Shown: piece by piece, positions 20,704-31,359 of the stretch
Layout of the letters: every line of letters starts with the position of its first letter
How positions within the stretch are numbered: position 1 is the stretch's first letter
Source: Nemertoderma westbladi
Lineage: Eukaryota > Animalia > Xenacoelomorpha
Length of the DNA stretch: 50,029 nt
Assembly: GCA_032718475.1 (NCBI GenBank)
Contig: JAUCBJ010003166.1
Location: 1 to 50,029 of the forward strand
Reading direction: 5' to 3'
Notes under the pieces: generated by a model
Told to the model about the DNA's origin: nothing
The model's input: only the letters and a program-made list of their open reading frames with translations
The model's database searches: none
Position numbers and translations under genes: made by a program

Positions 20704-23478
20704 CATGACACACTGCCATGAAGTACAATGACATTGGAAATGGATGGACGTTAGTAACAAGCTCAGCAGTAAGAAACTCAGCCAATGCATCAATTGGTGG
20801 AGTAGGAATTCTGCTAAGCCCATTTGCACTTAAGACCCTAAACAACATCGAATCTATAAATTCCAGGGTTATGATCGCAACATTTGATGGGAATCCCAAG
20901 ACAACAGTTATATGTTATTGCTACAGTCCAACCAATGCATCAGAGCCAGAACAAGCAGTCAAATTTTATGAAGAACTGACTGGACTTATTAAGGACATCC
21001 CGAAACACAATGTTAAAGTCATTGCTGGTGACCTAAATGCGCAAATTGGCCCAGAAGACATCAAGGGTTACACCTATAACACCAGTTCTAACAGAAATGG
21101 GTACTTACTTTTAGACCTAATGGAAGAATGTGAATTGATACCAACAAACAACACATTCGAAAAGAGTAAGGGGATGCTATGGACCTTTCAATACCCTAAT
21201 GGAACCAAAGCACAACTGGATTACATCCTTATAAACAAAAAGTGGAGAAATAGCATGATCAACTGCGAGGCATACAGCTCGTTCAACCTAATTGGTTCGG
21301 ACCACAGAATTGTGACTGCAGAGATCAGACTCAGTTTGAGAGCCAGCAAACCCAGGACAAGCAAGCAAATCAACTATGACTGGGAGAAACTCAGAACTGA
21401 CAATGCTGTAAAGGATGCTTATACAGTAGAAGTTCAAAACCGCTTTGAAGCACTTCAGTCAATGGATGAAGACCAATCCACCGATTCAATATACCAGAAT
21501 ATAATAACAGCCCACAAGGAATCAGCTAAGAGGCATATCCCCCAGAAACCTAAACGAAAACAGTATGTGCCATGGCAAAACTCTGAGGTTACTTGTAAGA
21601 GAGAAGATCTCAAGATAGCCTACAAAGTTAAAACCGAACAACCAACAACCGAAAACATTAACAAGGTTGAGAAAGCTAAGGACGATCTTAAATTGGCCTA
21701 CAACATCAGCCAGGAAAAGTACATACAGGATAAAACTGAAGCAATTACAACTGCTCACATACAGCAACAATCAAGACTTACCTGGCAAACTGTAAATGAG
21801 GTATCTGGTCGGAAAAGTTGTGCAAAGGGGCGCCTCAAAGCCGATAGTCCTGAAGAACGTGTTGGGAAGTGGAAAAATCACTTCAGCAACTTGCTTGGGC
21901 AGCCACCAAACATCGAGGTCAGCCCTACAAGGAAAATATATGACAAGACACTACCTATAGAAACAGGGGACTTCACACCTGCCGAACTCCAAAGAAGCAT
22001 TAAAAGCATGTCCAATAATAAAGCGAGTGGATTAGATGAAATCCCAGCGGAGGTATGGAAAACCGGAGTGCTAAACAGACCATTATTGAATGTTTGCAAC
22101 CGGATGTTAAAAGGGGAAAAGCCACCACCAATTTGGACTAAAGGTCAACTAAAGCCTCTCCCCAAGAAAGGAGACCTCGGCATACCAACAAACTATCGTG
22201 GGATCTGTCTGCTTGTGGTAGCTGCCAAAATATACAATAAAATGATTCTATATAGGATTAGGCCTCACATAGAGAAACTACTGCGTAAGAGCCAAAACGG
22301 ATTTCGACCAAGTAGATCAACAATAGCTCAGATACTTGCACTACGGAGACTGATTGAAGGAATTAAGTCAAAGAATCTCCCCGCAGTCATGACTTTTGTG
22401 GACTTCAAGAAGGCATTCGACTCCATCCATAGAGGTAAAATGCTTGAAATCCTAAGAGCTTATGGAATACCAGAAGTAATTGTTGCTGGCATTGGATTGT
22501 TATATTGTGACACAGAAGCGCAGGTACTCTCACCAGATGGTGAAACTGAGTTTTTCTCAATCCTGGCTGGCGTACTGCAAGGTGACACATTAGCACCATT
22601 ACTATTTGTAATTGTGCTGGATTACGCAATGAGGACGGCCACAAAGGGTGAAGATCTGGGATTCACACTTCAAGAACGCAGAAGTAGTAGATATCCGGCA
22701 ACTACAGTCACAGACACCGACTTTGCGGATGACATCGCCCTGCTCTCTAATACGCTAGCAGATGCACAGCTTCTACTAAATAAAGTGGAGAGGGCTGCTA
22801 AGGAGGTTGGATTGCACATAAATGCTACCAAGACCGAATTCATGACCTTTAATGTTGATGGAAACTTGACAACCGTTGATAATAATCAACTAAGGAAGGT
22901 CGATGACTTCCAGTACCTTGGATCATGGATAGAGAGTAGCAAAAAGGACATAGAAGTTAGGAAAGCAAATAAGGCTTGGGTAGCTCTATCAAAAATGGAT
23001 ACCATCTGGAAATCAGATCTCTCCAGGCACCTGAAGACTAAGTTCTTTCGAGCCACAGTGGAAAGTGTATTTTTATACGGGGGTGAGACCTGGACACTGA
23101 CTAAATCACTTGAACAACGAATTGATGGTTGCTACACAAGACTACTAAGGGCAGCCCTAAACATCAGCTGGAGACAACACATGACAAACGCCGAGCTTTA
23201 TGGTACAATACCACCTGTATCAACCACCCTCCGTGAACGCAGATTAAGATTCAGTGGGCACTGCTGGCGAAGTAAAGACGAGGTCATACCAGATCTACTT
23301 CTCTGGCAACCAACCCATGGAAAGCGTAGTCGTGGACGACCTGCCATAAACATATATAGATCAACTTGAAAGGGATACTGAACTTGGGAGAAACGAAATT
23401 GCGACAACTATGGAGAATCGGGAAGCCTGGAAGGATCTCATTTCCACTGTCCGAGTTCGCTCGACCTAGTAGTAGTAG
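20704..23478 (+). mobile_element. RTE-clade LINE (family 1), 5'-truncated inside the APE endonuclease, near-intact
   Basis: 11-bp TSD TGTCCAGCGTC (20693-20703, 23479-23489) and a (TAG)n tail. ORF carries EN and RT motifs. Confidence 0.95.
20718..23369 (+). CDS. RTE LINE ORF: APE endonuclease (partial) plus reverse transcriptase
   Basis: EN motifs YSPT, GDLNA, LDYIL, SDH; RT motifs NYRGICL, QNGFR, FVDFKKAFDS, GVLQGDTLAP, DFADD, YLGS. A frameshift near 23350 separates the natural C-terminus (YIDQLERDTE...VRVRST*, stop at 23467-23469). Confidence 0.92.
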   Translation: MKYNDIGNGWTLVTSSAVRNSANASIGGVGILLSPFALKTLNNIESINSRVMIATFDGNPKTTVICYCYSPTNASEPEQAVKFYEELTGLIKDIPKHNVKVIAGDLNAQIGPEDIKGYTYNTSSNRNGYLLLDLMEECELIPTNNTFEKSKGMLWTFQYPNGTKAQLDYILINKKWRNSMINCEAYSSFNLIGSDHRIVTAEIRLSLRASKPRTSKQINYDWEKLRTDNAVKDAYTVEVQNRFEALQSMDEDQSTDSIYQNIITAHKESAKRHIPQKPKRKQYVPWQNSEVTCKREDLKIAYKVKTEQPTTENINKVEKAKDDLKLAYNISQEKYIQDKTEAITTAHIQQQSRLTWQTVNEVSGRKSCAKGRLKADSPEERVGKWKNHFSNLLGQPPNIEVSPTRKIYDKTLPIETGDFTPAELQRSIKSMSNNKASGLDEIPAEVWKTGVLNRPLLNVCNRMLKGEKPPPIWTKGQLKPLPKKGDLGIPTNYRGICLLVVAAKIYNKMILYRIRPHIEKLLRKSQNGFRPSRSTIAQILALRRLIEGIKSKNLPAVMTFVDFKKAFDSIHRGKMLEILRAYGIPEVIVAGIGLLYCDTEAQVLSPDGETEFFSILAGVLQGDTLAPLLFVIVLDYAMRTATKGEDLGFTLQERRSSRYPATTVTDTDFADDIALLSNTLADAQLLLNKVERAAKEVGLHINATKTEFMTFNVDGNLTTVDNNQLRKVDDFQYLGSWIESSKKDIEVRKANKAWVALSKMDTIWKSDLSRHLKTKFFRATVESVFLYGGETWTLTKSLEQRIDGCYTRLLRAALNISWRQHMTNAELYGTIPPVSTTLRERRLRFSGHCWRSKDEVIPDLLLWQPTHGKRSRGRPAINIYRST

Positions 23479-23929
23479 TGTCCAGCGTCACGGATGGAAA
23501 AAAATCCACATTTATCAATCAGACCACAAAATCATATTTATCACTGCCAGATATGTACTAAATTCAAGCGCTTTTTATTGGTAGAATATTCAAATAATTG
23601 AATCGTCCAATCAGAGACTGCTTGAAATTATGATGTTCTAACGCTAACGCCTTCTACATGTTACAGTGCCTCGACCCGGCTAACCTAGGCTACTATGCAG
23701 CTAGTTAGGCAAACCAATAGGGTGAATGTGAATGTAGCCCTCTAGCGGGTGACTGTTTATCTAAAAAATTTACATAGGATCTATGTTCACAATCACAAAG
23801 TTCATCAAAGTCAGACCTTGCAGAATCTAAGTTCGTTTAACGCTACTGCTGTACTGTATTACTGGTACTGCACTGCAATACTGGTACCGTTCTGCCGTTC
23901 AGCCGTTTCAGTTTGTAGAGTTATGAGTT

Positions 23930-24535
23930 ATGCCTCACATCCGCCGAGGTTATGTTCTACTTCTGCTATTTATTTTTTCCGCGATATATTTAATGTTAAA
24001 CACTTTCTACGATCCCGCTAACGACGTTATCAGCACGGGCCGGACGCTCAACAAATTCCCCAGCGACGTGGGTTGGTCGGCGGACCCGTCAATCCTACCG
24101 AACGGGACCGAACTATCCGCCTGTCGCAACACTCTCCAGGGACGGGACCGGATCGCCGACGAACTCGGCTACGTGTGTCTGCTAGACAACGTCCTCTACG
24201 GCGGATGTTGCGATACTAACTCCGACGATACTGTGCGATACGACTGCAGTTTGTGCCAATCTAATCATTGTTGCGCTACTTACGAATCCTGCGTGTCCTG
24301 TTGTCTGCAACCCGACCGTGAACTCTTTTTGCGAGTAATCCTCAAGCCGATTAGCGATACGTTTACTAACTTGTTTAGGCCAGGGATAGACGGATTCGAA
24401 CTTTGTTTGGCGAAATGTCGGACTTCTTCTCAGAGTGTCAAACACGAGAATACCTACCGGAATCCGTCCGCAAAGTTCTGCTATGGTGAAGCTCCCCCCT
24501 TCCTGAATAAAGTCGCGAATAGTGGCAGTAAATGA
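23930..24535 (+). CDS. SPRING1: SREBP pathway regulator in Golgi 1 (C12orf49/UPF0454), single-exon CDS
   Basis: N-terminal TM plus the Cys-rich domain CRNTLQG...DELGYVC...GCC...CCATYESCVSCCLQP...FELCLAKCRTSSQSVKHENTYR...CYG. Confidence 0.93.
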   Translation: MPHIRRGYVLLLLFIFSAIYLMLNTFYDPANDVISTGRTLNKFPSDVGWSADPSILPNGTELSACRNTLQGRDRIADELGYVCLLDNVLYGGCCDTNSDDTVRYDCSLCQSNHCCATYESCVSCCLQPDRELFLRVILKPISDTFTNLFRPGIDGFELCLAKCRTSSQSVKHENTYRNPSAKFCYGEAPPFLNKVANSGSK

Positions 24536-25258
24536 TAAGTGTAAATATCTATATCATTTTATCCTACAAACCTATTCTCCTTTAGATCATTTGGTCCAAG
24601 ATACAGAGATGAATTATGTCTGTTGTGAGTGGATTAGCGATAAATGAATTGGTTGATTTGAATTCTCTTCATCCCGAAATTATATTTTAAGGAGCTTCGA
24701 ATAATTATTCTCTGTTACTCTGAACTTTTACCAATCTCCAACATACCGACAGACTGACTGACAGGCATATTTATTTTTATTTTCAATTTTTTTATTGACT
24801 TTGTCTCTGAATTCGACATTGCATTAGGGGGGTGAGGTGACTGGTATATGTATAATTATTAGCTGACAAGTTGTTGGTATATGTATAATTAGCTGACAAG
24901 TTGTTAAGGGCTAGTCTAGTTAATGATTAGTTGAATTAATAATTATTTTCGGACAAAAGCAGAACATGAGGTATTATATTTATGTAAGTCTATAAGTCAA
25001 TGCGCTAAATTAGCACAATACGTGCGGGGAAATGTTTATGAAAAAATAGTTCTCAAATGAACCCATTCAGTTCTTTTTAATAATTAAACTACCATTTATA
25101 TTTTATAATTAAAATTTAAAAAATAACATTTATTAGAGTGTAATTCAATAATAATTGATTACAACTCAGTTCTTGTCACTCAATATATAAATGTTATATC
25201 AATGATTTGTGACGCTAATTATAGATAGACAGACCTCATTATTAGTCACTAAGCTGAA

Positions 25259-28200
25259 ATGGGTGTCCATGGTCTGTGGCAACTCCTACAGTTAACCGGC
25301 CGACCTGCAAATCTCGACTCGCTCGAGGGTCAAGTATTAGCGGTGGACGTTTCTATTTGGATCTACCAGATGATTACAGGTAACCCGTTACCCAACGCCC
25401 ACATCATCAACATGTTCCAGCGCATCTGCAAACTCCTGTACTTCAAAATTAAACCTGTTTTCGTTTTCGACGGCGCTGTGCCGCCACTGAAAACGGCTAC
25501 GGTGGCCCAGAGAAAGAAGCGTAAGTCGAAACATGGTGAGGATGGGGAAAGACTCCGACGAGCCGTTTTATCGAACTATTTGAAACAACACGCTTTGGGA
25601 AAAATACTGAAAGATAAGAATGTAAAACCCGTTAAAATATCTCGCATCCAACCAGAGACAACATTTATGTTACCACCGCAACCGCAATCATCGGATTGGG
25701 TTGAAGATGTCAGTGATGACGATGGTTGGTCCTTCTCTAAGACGCCAGTTGATGCGACCAGCGCTGAAAACGTGGATGACATTGATATCGAATCGGAACA
25801 CTTTAAGTCTCTTCCTTTTCAGATCCAACACGGACTTCTAACTCACATAAAGGCGGTTAAGAAACGTAACTCCCTCATCCGAACTTACCACATGCCGGAG
25901 AATATGGACGATTTCAGTGCATTCCAACTCAACAAGTTGTTTAAGGTCAGCCAGATTACCCGTCGTATTGACGATGTCAGCAAAAGCCTGGCTCGCGAGG
26001 AAGTTTTCGAACTCGGGATCAATGCAGACCTCACGGATGTCGAGATTCTTCGTATCGCCTCCGAGAACAAACAGCATTCGGTTCTCATTAAGGGATCCAG
26101 TTCGCAGCTCATTGCTGACGGGTCTCGTCTTCCAGTCTCCACTACCTCAGCATCCGGGTCATCTCTGGCTGTATCATCATTAGCTTCTACTTCAACTGGC
26201 ACTAACGACTGTCAATCACAAACGTTTATCACACCTAATCATCAGTTTTATTCGCATTCTTCGTTTTCTCCTCAGCCGCTTTGGAACGATGATGAAGCTG
26301 ATGTAGAGGATGATGTAGGTGACTGTGTTGACGAGCTCGTCGATGGGTCAGTAGTTGAAGATATCAAGAATATTGATTCACGAGGCTCTGTTGTCTGTGT
26401 TGCTGTCGATTCTACTGAAGTTGGTAACGAAACATTGAATTTGAATAGAAGCAGTTGTACCAGCGATGATGGCGATACTTCCAATGACGATGACTTTATT
26501 GATGTATCAGAGAGGAGTTCCCATGACGATGTAATGGATTATAAACCTGATCAATCGTCTGTGAGTGAAGCTGAAGTGATTAATTACAAAGCCTTTCAAA
26601 GATCTCCTGCCTCTGAAGGTGTTCCTAGTCCTAACTCATTGCCCGATAGTTCCTCGGATCAGGTCAGCGATGTGGCTGTTGATCACACCAGAAGCAACCT
26701 TGTTCAACATTCTAGCGAATCTGGCACATATTATTTTAGTCGTTTAGTTCGAAACAAAATCAGCCATTTAAATAGTTCAGATGAAGAGTCTCGGTCTACC
26801 GGGCCTGTGAAGGAAATTATAGACGTCCAATTGGGTGAGGGAGTCGTTTCTGACACTAGCAGTAAACCAATGGAGTCCATATCTACTGGAGTCCCTTTCA
26901 GTAACCCAATGGAGTCCATATCTACTGGAGTCTCTGTCAGTAACCCAATGGAGTCCATATCTACTGGAGTCTCTGTCAGTAACCCAATGGAGTCCATATC
27001 TAATGGAGTCCCTGTCAGTAACCCGATGGAGTCCATATCTACTGGAGTCTCTGTCAGTAACCCAATGGAGTCCATATCCACTGGAGTCTCTGTCAGTAAC
27101 CCAATGGAGTCCATATCTACCGGAGTCCCTGTCAGTAACCGAGTGGAGTCCATATCTACTGGAGTCTCTGTCAGTAACCCAATGGAGACCATATCTACTG
27201 GAGTCCCTGTCGGTAAATACAATAGCGATGTTAGTCAGTTCACTGACGCCAATAACCCTTTTAGTGGTTACTTAGCAACATCCCCGAGTAAACCAACCAA
27301 CGTGAGTGGTGGAGTTCCTTCCTCGTCTGATATTGTCTCGGAGGACAGTGACAGCGACGGGGACAACTTGGCGGGTCTGCGAGCCGTGTTCGACGCAGAG
27401 GGTAGATCGCTAGCCGCACTGCGGGACAGGTCCACGCGACTAGCCGCCTCTCCCACAGAACAGATGGTCAGCGACTGCAAACAGTTGTGCAAACTCTTCG
27501 GTATCCCGTACATTGTCAGTCCCTACGAGGCTGAATCGCAGTGCGCCTACCTCGAACTGACCAATCAGACGCAGGGAACCATAACCAACGACTCAGATAT
27601 TTGGCTATTCGGTGGGAGGAAAGTTTATAAGAATTTCTTCGCTCAGTCGAAGACGCCCGAGTATTACTCATCGGAAGTTATCGATTGTCGGTTGCGCTTA
27701 AACCGCGAGCGGTTAATATGTCTGGCCTATTTATTGGGGAGCGACTATACGTTAGGAGTAGAGGGAGTTGGGGTGGTTTCTGCTATGGAACTCTTATCGG
27801 AGTTCCCTGGGGACGGAATCGAGATGCTGATAGGTCTAAAGGATTGGTGGACGAAGAACAAGGGTTCCCAGTTGACGAAGTGTTCGCCGATTAAACGACG
27901 GTGTAAATCGTTGGACTTAGCCCCTGGATTCCCGGATCCTAAGGTCGCTGACGCCTACCTCCGACCGGAAGTCGATGAGAGTGATGTCATCATGCGATGG
28001 GGGACGCCGGATGTGGAGGGAATTCAGGGGTTCGCCGCTAGGAGGCTGGGTTGGGATGCGGGGAAGGTGGACCAGACTTTGGGACCAGTGTTGGCTAGGG
28101 GTGCCAGCAGTCTGGTGCAGACGACCATGGGAAGGTTCGTGGGGGTCGCGTCATACGATGAACCCAAGGTTAGCAGTAAACGGTTGCAGCGTGTTTTGTC

Positions 28201-28654
28201 TCGCATGAGAGATTCGACGGGTCACAAAGCGTATGTTATAGAGACATCTGTAAGAGAATGCGTGGCTTCTGGTAGCGGTTGCACCATTCCTAATGATTGC
28301 GGTGCTGAAACAATGAAAGAGATCAATGATGATGTGGATTGGGAAGAATTCTTTGAAGAACCTTTAGAATGGGACACTGCAAACCCTGTAGTCAGTACCG
28401 GTAAAACTGTCGGAACTGAAAGTAAATCGAACAGCTTAACAAATGAATTACGGAACCGTTTCTACAGTCGTGACGATACTGTGAGCATCTCGAAACCATT
28501 GAGTAGTTTACGCGTTCCATTGGCTTCCGTTACCGAGGTAACCAGGACTCTGCGCGGCCGTCAATCACGTAAACGTAAGCCGCCCAATAGGAAACCGAAG
28601 TGCGGTAAATCCCGCGCATTAGTGGTCGATTTATCGGAAAGTTCGTCAGATTAA
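25259..28654 (+). CDS. ERCC5: XPG/RAD2 structure-specific endonuclease (nucleotide excision repair), single-exon CDS
   Basis: N-domain MGVHGLW..LAVDVSIW..PVFVFDG, long acidic spacer, I-domain PYEAESQCA..TNDSDIWLFGG..LLGSDY..GVG, and a basic C-terminal NLS-like tail. Confidence 0.95.
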   Translation: MGVHGLWQLLQLTGRPANLDSLEGQVLAVDVSIWIYQMITGNPLPNAHIINMFQRICKLLYFKIKPVFVFDGAVPPLKTATVAQRKKRKSKHGEDGERLRRAVLSNYLKQHALGKILKDKNVKPVKISRIQPETTFMLPPQPQSSDWVEDVSDDDGWSFSKTPVDATSAENVDDIDIESEHFKSLPFQIQHGLLTHIKAVKKRNSLIRTYHMPENMDDFSAFQLNKLFKVSQITRRIDDVSKSLAREEVFELGINADLTDVEILRIASENKQHSVLIKGSSSQLIADGSRLPVSTTSASGSSLAVSSLASTSTGTNDCQSQTFITPNHQFYSHSSFSPQPLWNDDEADVEDDVGDCVDELVDGSVVEDIKNIDSRGSVVCVAVDSTEVGNETLNLNRSSCTSDDGDTSNDDDFIDVSERSSHDDVMDYKPDQSSVSEAEVINYKAFQRSPASEGVPSPNSLPDSSSDQVSDVAVDHTRSNLVQHSSESGTYYFSRLVRNKISHLNSSDEESRSTGPVKEIIDVQLGEGVVSDTSSKPMESISTGVPFSNPMESISTGVSVSNPMESISTGVSVSNPMESISNGVPVSNPMESISTGVSVSNPMESISTGVSVSNPMESISTGVPVSNRVESISTGVSVSNPMETISTGVPVGKYNSDVSQFTDANNPFSGYLATSPSKPTNVSGGVPSSSDIVSEDSDSDGDNLAGLRAVFDAEGRSLAALRDRSTRLAASPTEQMVSDCKQLCKLFGIPYIVSPYEAESQCAYLELTNQTQGTITNDSDIWLFGGRKVYKNFFAQSKTPEYYSSEVIDCRLRLNRERLICLAYLLGSDYTLGVEGVGVVSAMELLSEFPGDGIEMLIGLKDWWTKNKGSQLTKCSPIKRRCKSLDLAPGFPDPKVADAYLRPEVDESDVIMRWGTPDVEGIQGFAARRLGWDAGKVDQTLGPVLARGASSLVQTTMGRFVGVASYDEPKVSSKRLQRVLSRMRDSTGHKAYVIETSVRECVASGSGCTIPNDCGAETMKEINDDVDWEEFFEEPLEWDTANPVVSTGKTVGTESKSNSLTNELRNRFYSRDDTVSISKPLSSLRVPLASVTEVTRTLRGRQSRKRKPPNRKPKCGKSRALVVDLSESSSD
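26861..27211 (+). repeat. Coding minisatellite, 9 x 39 bp (SNPMESISTGV[S/P]V), in the XPG spacer
   Basis: Nine in-frame units counted in both DNA and protein. Confidence 0.97.
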
Positions 28655-29691
28655 CACATTAACTTGTCGTCAACGTTTCCTCTGTAAATAAAATGGGATC
28701 CAGTCTTATAACCACACTTAACAAACATACTAATATAATATAGTAATAATCGTACTGACTATAGTTAATTAAATTACATTTCATTGTGTTGATTTACGTA
28801 ATTATTCATTAAATTCATTAATTCCATATTAATTTATTACTAATTCATTGTGAACAAACTAGTCGAGTCGCTTTTAACGCCAGCCTCGTGGGGATAATGC
28901 TAAATAAAAGTGGCGAAAGTGAAAAAAACATTTTTTTCAGATGGGTTTGTTTATTTAATCCAAACCAAACTTTTTTAAAGCCAAACTTTTTGAACATTTT
29001 GTGCCATTATATTGTCACAAAACAGCTATAGAGATGATAATGATAGTTCCAAAACCTTATATTTTCGTTCAGTAATAATATTGGTTAATTTCTATATCTG
29101 GAATTATCCTTATTTATTGGACACAACCTACCATTAATTGCCGTCCAATATGACAGGATAAGATGAGTGTGATTAAAAGTAGTGAGCTGGACCCCTTGGG
29201 GTGTCTTTATTTCCTACAAGTCCTCGTGAGTCTCCTTAACAACATGCGGCGAATATGATTTGGCACTAATATGTTAACCTCTAACCGACAGTTTCGGATA
29301 CTAGAGGTGCACCCCTATTGGGTATCACCATGTGTTTCAGTTTCCGTTCATTTCAATTCAACTAATAACTAGAAATTAATTGATTAAAATGTTTTACAAA
29401 CTCAAAATGGCACATTTTGTATGCTCTGAATCAATTTACCAATGAACAGTAGCTTTGTACAGCAGCTTTAGGTAGTCAATGTGTAATATACTATGGTATA
29501 TTTGTCAATTGTGTTGATTGTGGTAAATATCAAAATATATTAATGATTGGTTGTATTGTTGTTCATAATGTTTTGTATTATTGTCCTTAAATTAATTCAT
29601 TATAAGGTGTAAATTAAATTTATTATATTTTGTAGTCTTGTATTATTTATGTACTTTATACCTTGACGACGTTCCGATGCACATATATGAC

Positions 29692-29958
29692 ATTTGCGTC
29701 CAGTTCCCCCCCCCCCCCCCCCCCCCCCGGGGGGGGAACTGGACGCAAAACCCGCCTTGGCGAATTCATATCCCGCCTCAATGTTAAATTCTCAATTTAG
29801 AGAAAGGAGCAGGTTACAGTGGTACGTTATTTTAACCAAAACAATAAACTAAACACAATAGAACAGGTTACAGTTTTATTTTTGAGAATAATCAGCTGTT
29901 ATTCGCGTCGAATTTCGCCTGGAGAGGGATGAATTTTAATTGCGTCCAGTTTCCCCCC
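29692..29958. mobile_element. MITE family A, copy 2, with an extra inverted terminal unit
   Basis: TTTGCGTCCAGTT-Cn-Gn-AACTGGACGCAAA palindrome followed by a body matching 9541-9764 and ending TTGCGTCCAGTTTCCCCCC. Confidence 0.8.
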
Positions 29959-31359
29959 TTATCTGCACATTTAATGAAAAAATATCCCAAATTGTTTTTA
30001 TCTCGCGGCACTTTAAACAAAGAGGCGGACTGCTTGTTATGTAACGGGAATATATTATTGGAAAATTATTATATTAAATTACAAAATGTTTTACTCAGTT
30101 TATTGTTTTGTTAGTTTATAGGCAACATCTCTGTGGAGCGAGCCACATTGTCAGCTAGCCACATTGTTAGCTGTCTATCTGTCGTTTAATATTTGAAGGC
30201 TAATAAATCAGTAAATCTTTGATTAAATTAAACCGAACTTGGTACACATTCTCATGTAGTCTGTTAAAAGATCAAAATATAATTCCTGTGAGGGGACTCC
30301 TATAATTGGCATCTACTACAGTAGACCATGACCTACTAAAGATATTTGTAGTAGGTCATGAGTAGATCTTAGGTTATGGTTTTTTTCTGGTTGGCTGTTC
30401 TTAAGTTTGCCGCTAGATGGCAGTATGTCTGAAAGTGGAAATTGAGAGCTATTGGTACAAACGGGCACACGCGAGGAATCTTCGCCCGCTATTTACCAAT
30501 TAAGCTAATAACAGTGGCGTGTAATTCGAAACAAAACAATAAAACATGGAGTCAATAGCACAAGTTACATTTTCATAATCAGCTAGACAATTTTATTGAT
30601 CGGGTGAAGACTGCTGCGTTTCTGAATAAAATATTATAATGTTCCGTATCGAGTGTGCCCATCTCAACTGCGGCATTACATTGCGTTTGTACTACCGGCG
30701 CGATGCGATACTGTACTGTATAATACAGTAGTAGGGCCTAGCCCATTATAATATGAAGGTTACTAATTATCCACATTATGGTAAAGTATAAAGTTATGTT
30801 ATTTAACAATGGAATTACCCATTCTGGCGTTAGTTTTATTATATACACGATAATTAATAGGATAATGGGTCTAATTATATTGTTATCTTAGAAGTTTGAA
30901 TTACAGGATGTAGGAAATTTCACAACATTATATCTATAATATGTAATAATAATTATAATAAGCAGGCCCTACATGAGTTGATAAACATGTCATTAGGCGT
31001 TCTGATATACTTAATACTGCATTACCATTAATACCCGTATAGTAGTAGGGGTATATTTTCTACGTTTTTTAAAAAAAAATACTATAAAAAAAACTATAAA
31101 GTAAAAACTAAAAAAAATATTTTGTTAGTGTTGCCCCCTGGCGCATAAAACCGTCGGCACCAAAACAATAAACAAGAGTCAACAACTCGAAGATTTTTTT
31201 TGTAATAACGTCTGTCGGCGTCTCGTTTACACCCCTCCTGCAGTGCTGCAGTAAATAAATAATAAAACAGGTCACCGTAATAAACTGTAGGCCATACTGT
31301 AGGACTACCTCCAATCTAAACCGTATTGCAGTATTGAATTTGAATCTTTTCGAATTACC

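Noticed and set aside
26731-27275. Repetitive ORFs 26731..27222 (-) and 26835..27275 (+)
   Set aside because: Alternative frames of the 39-bp XPG repeat.
27580-27600. Catalytic inactivation of XPG by TNDSD in place of TDDSD
   Set aside because: The substituted residue is the first Asp; the catalytic D-S-D pair and the E-A-E and GSDY acidic residues are retained.
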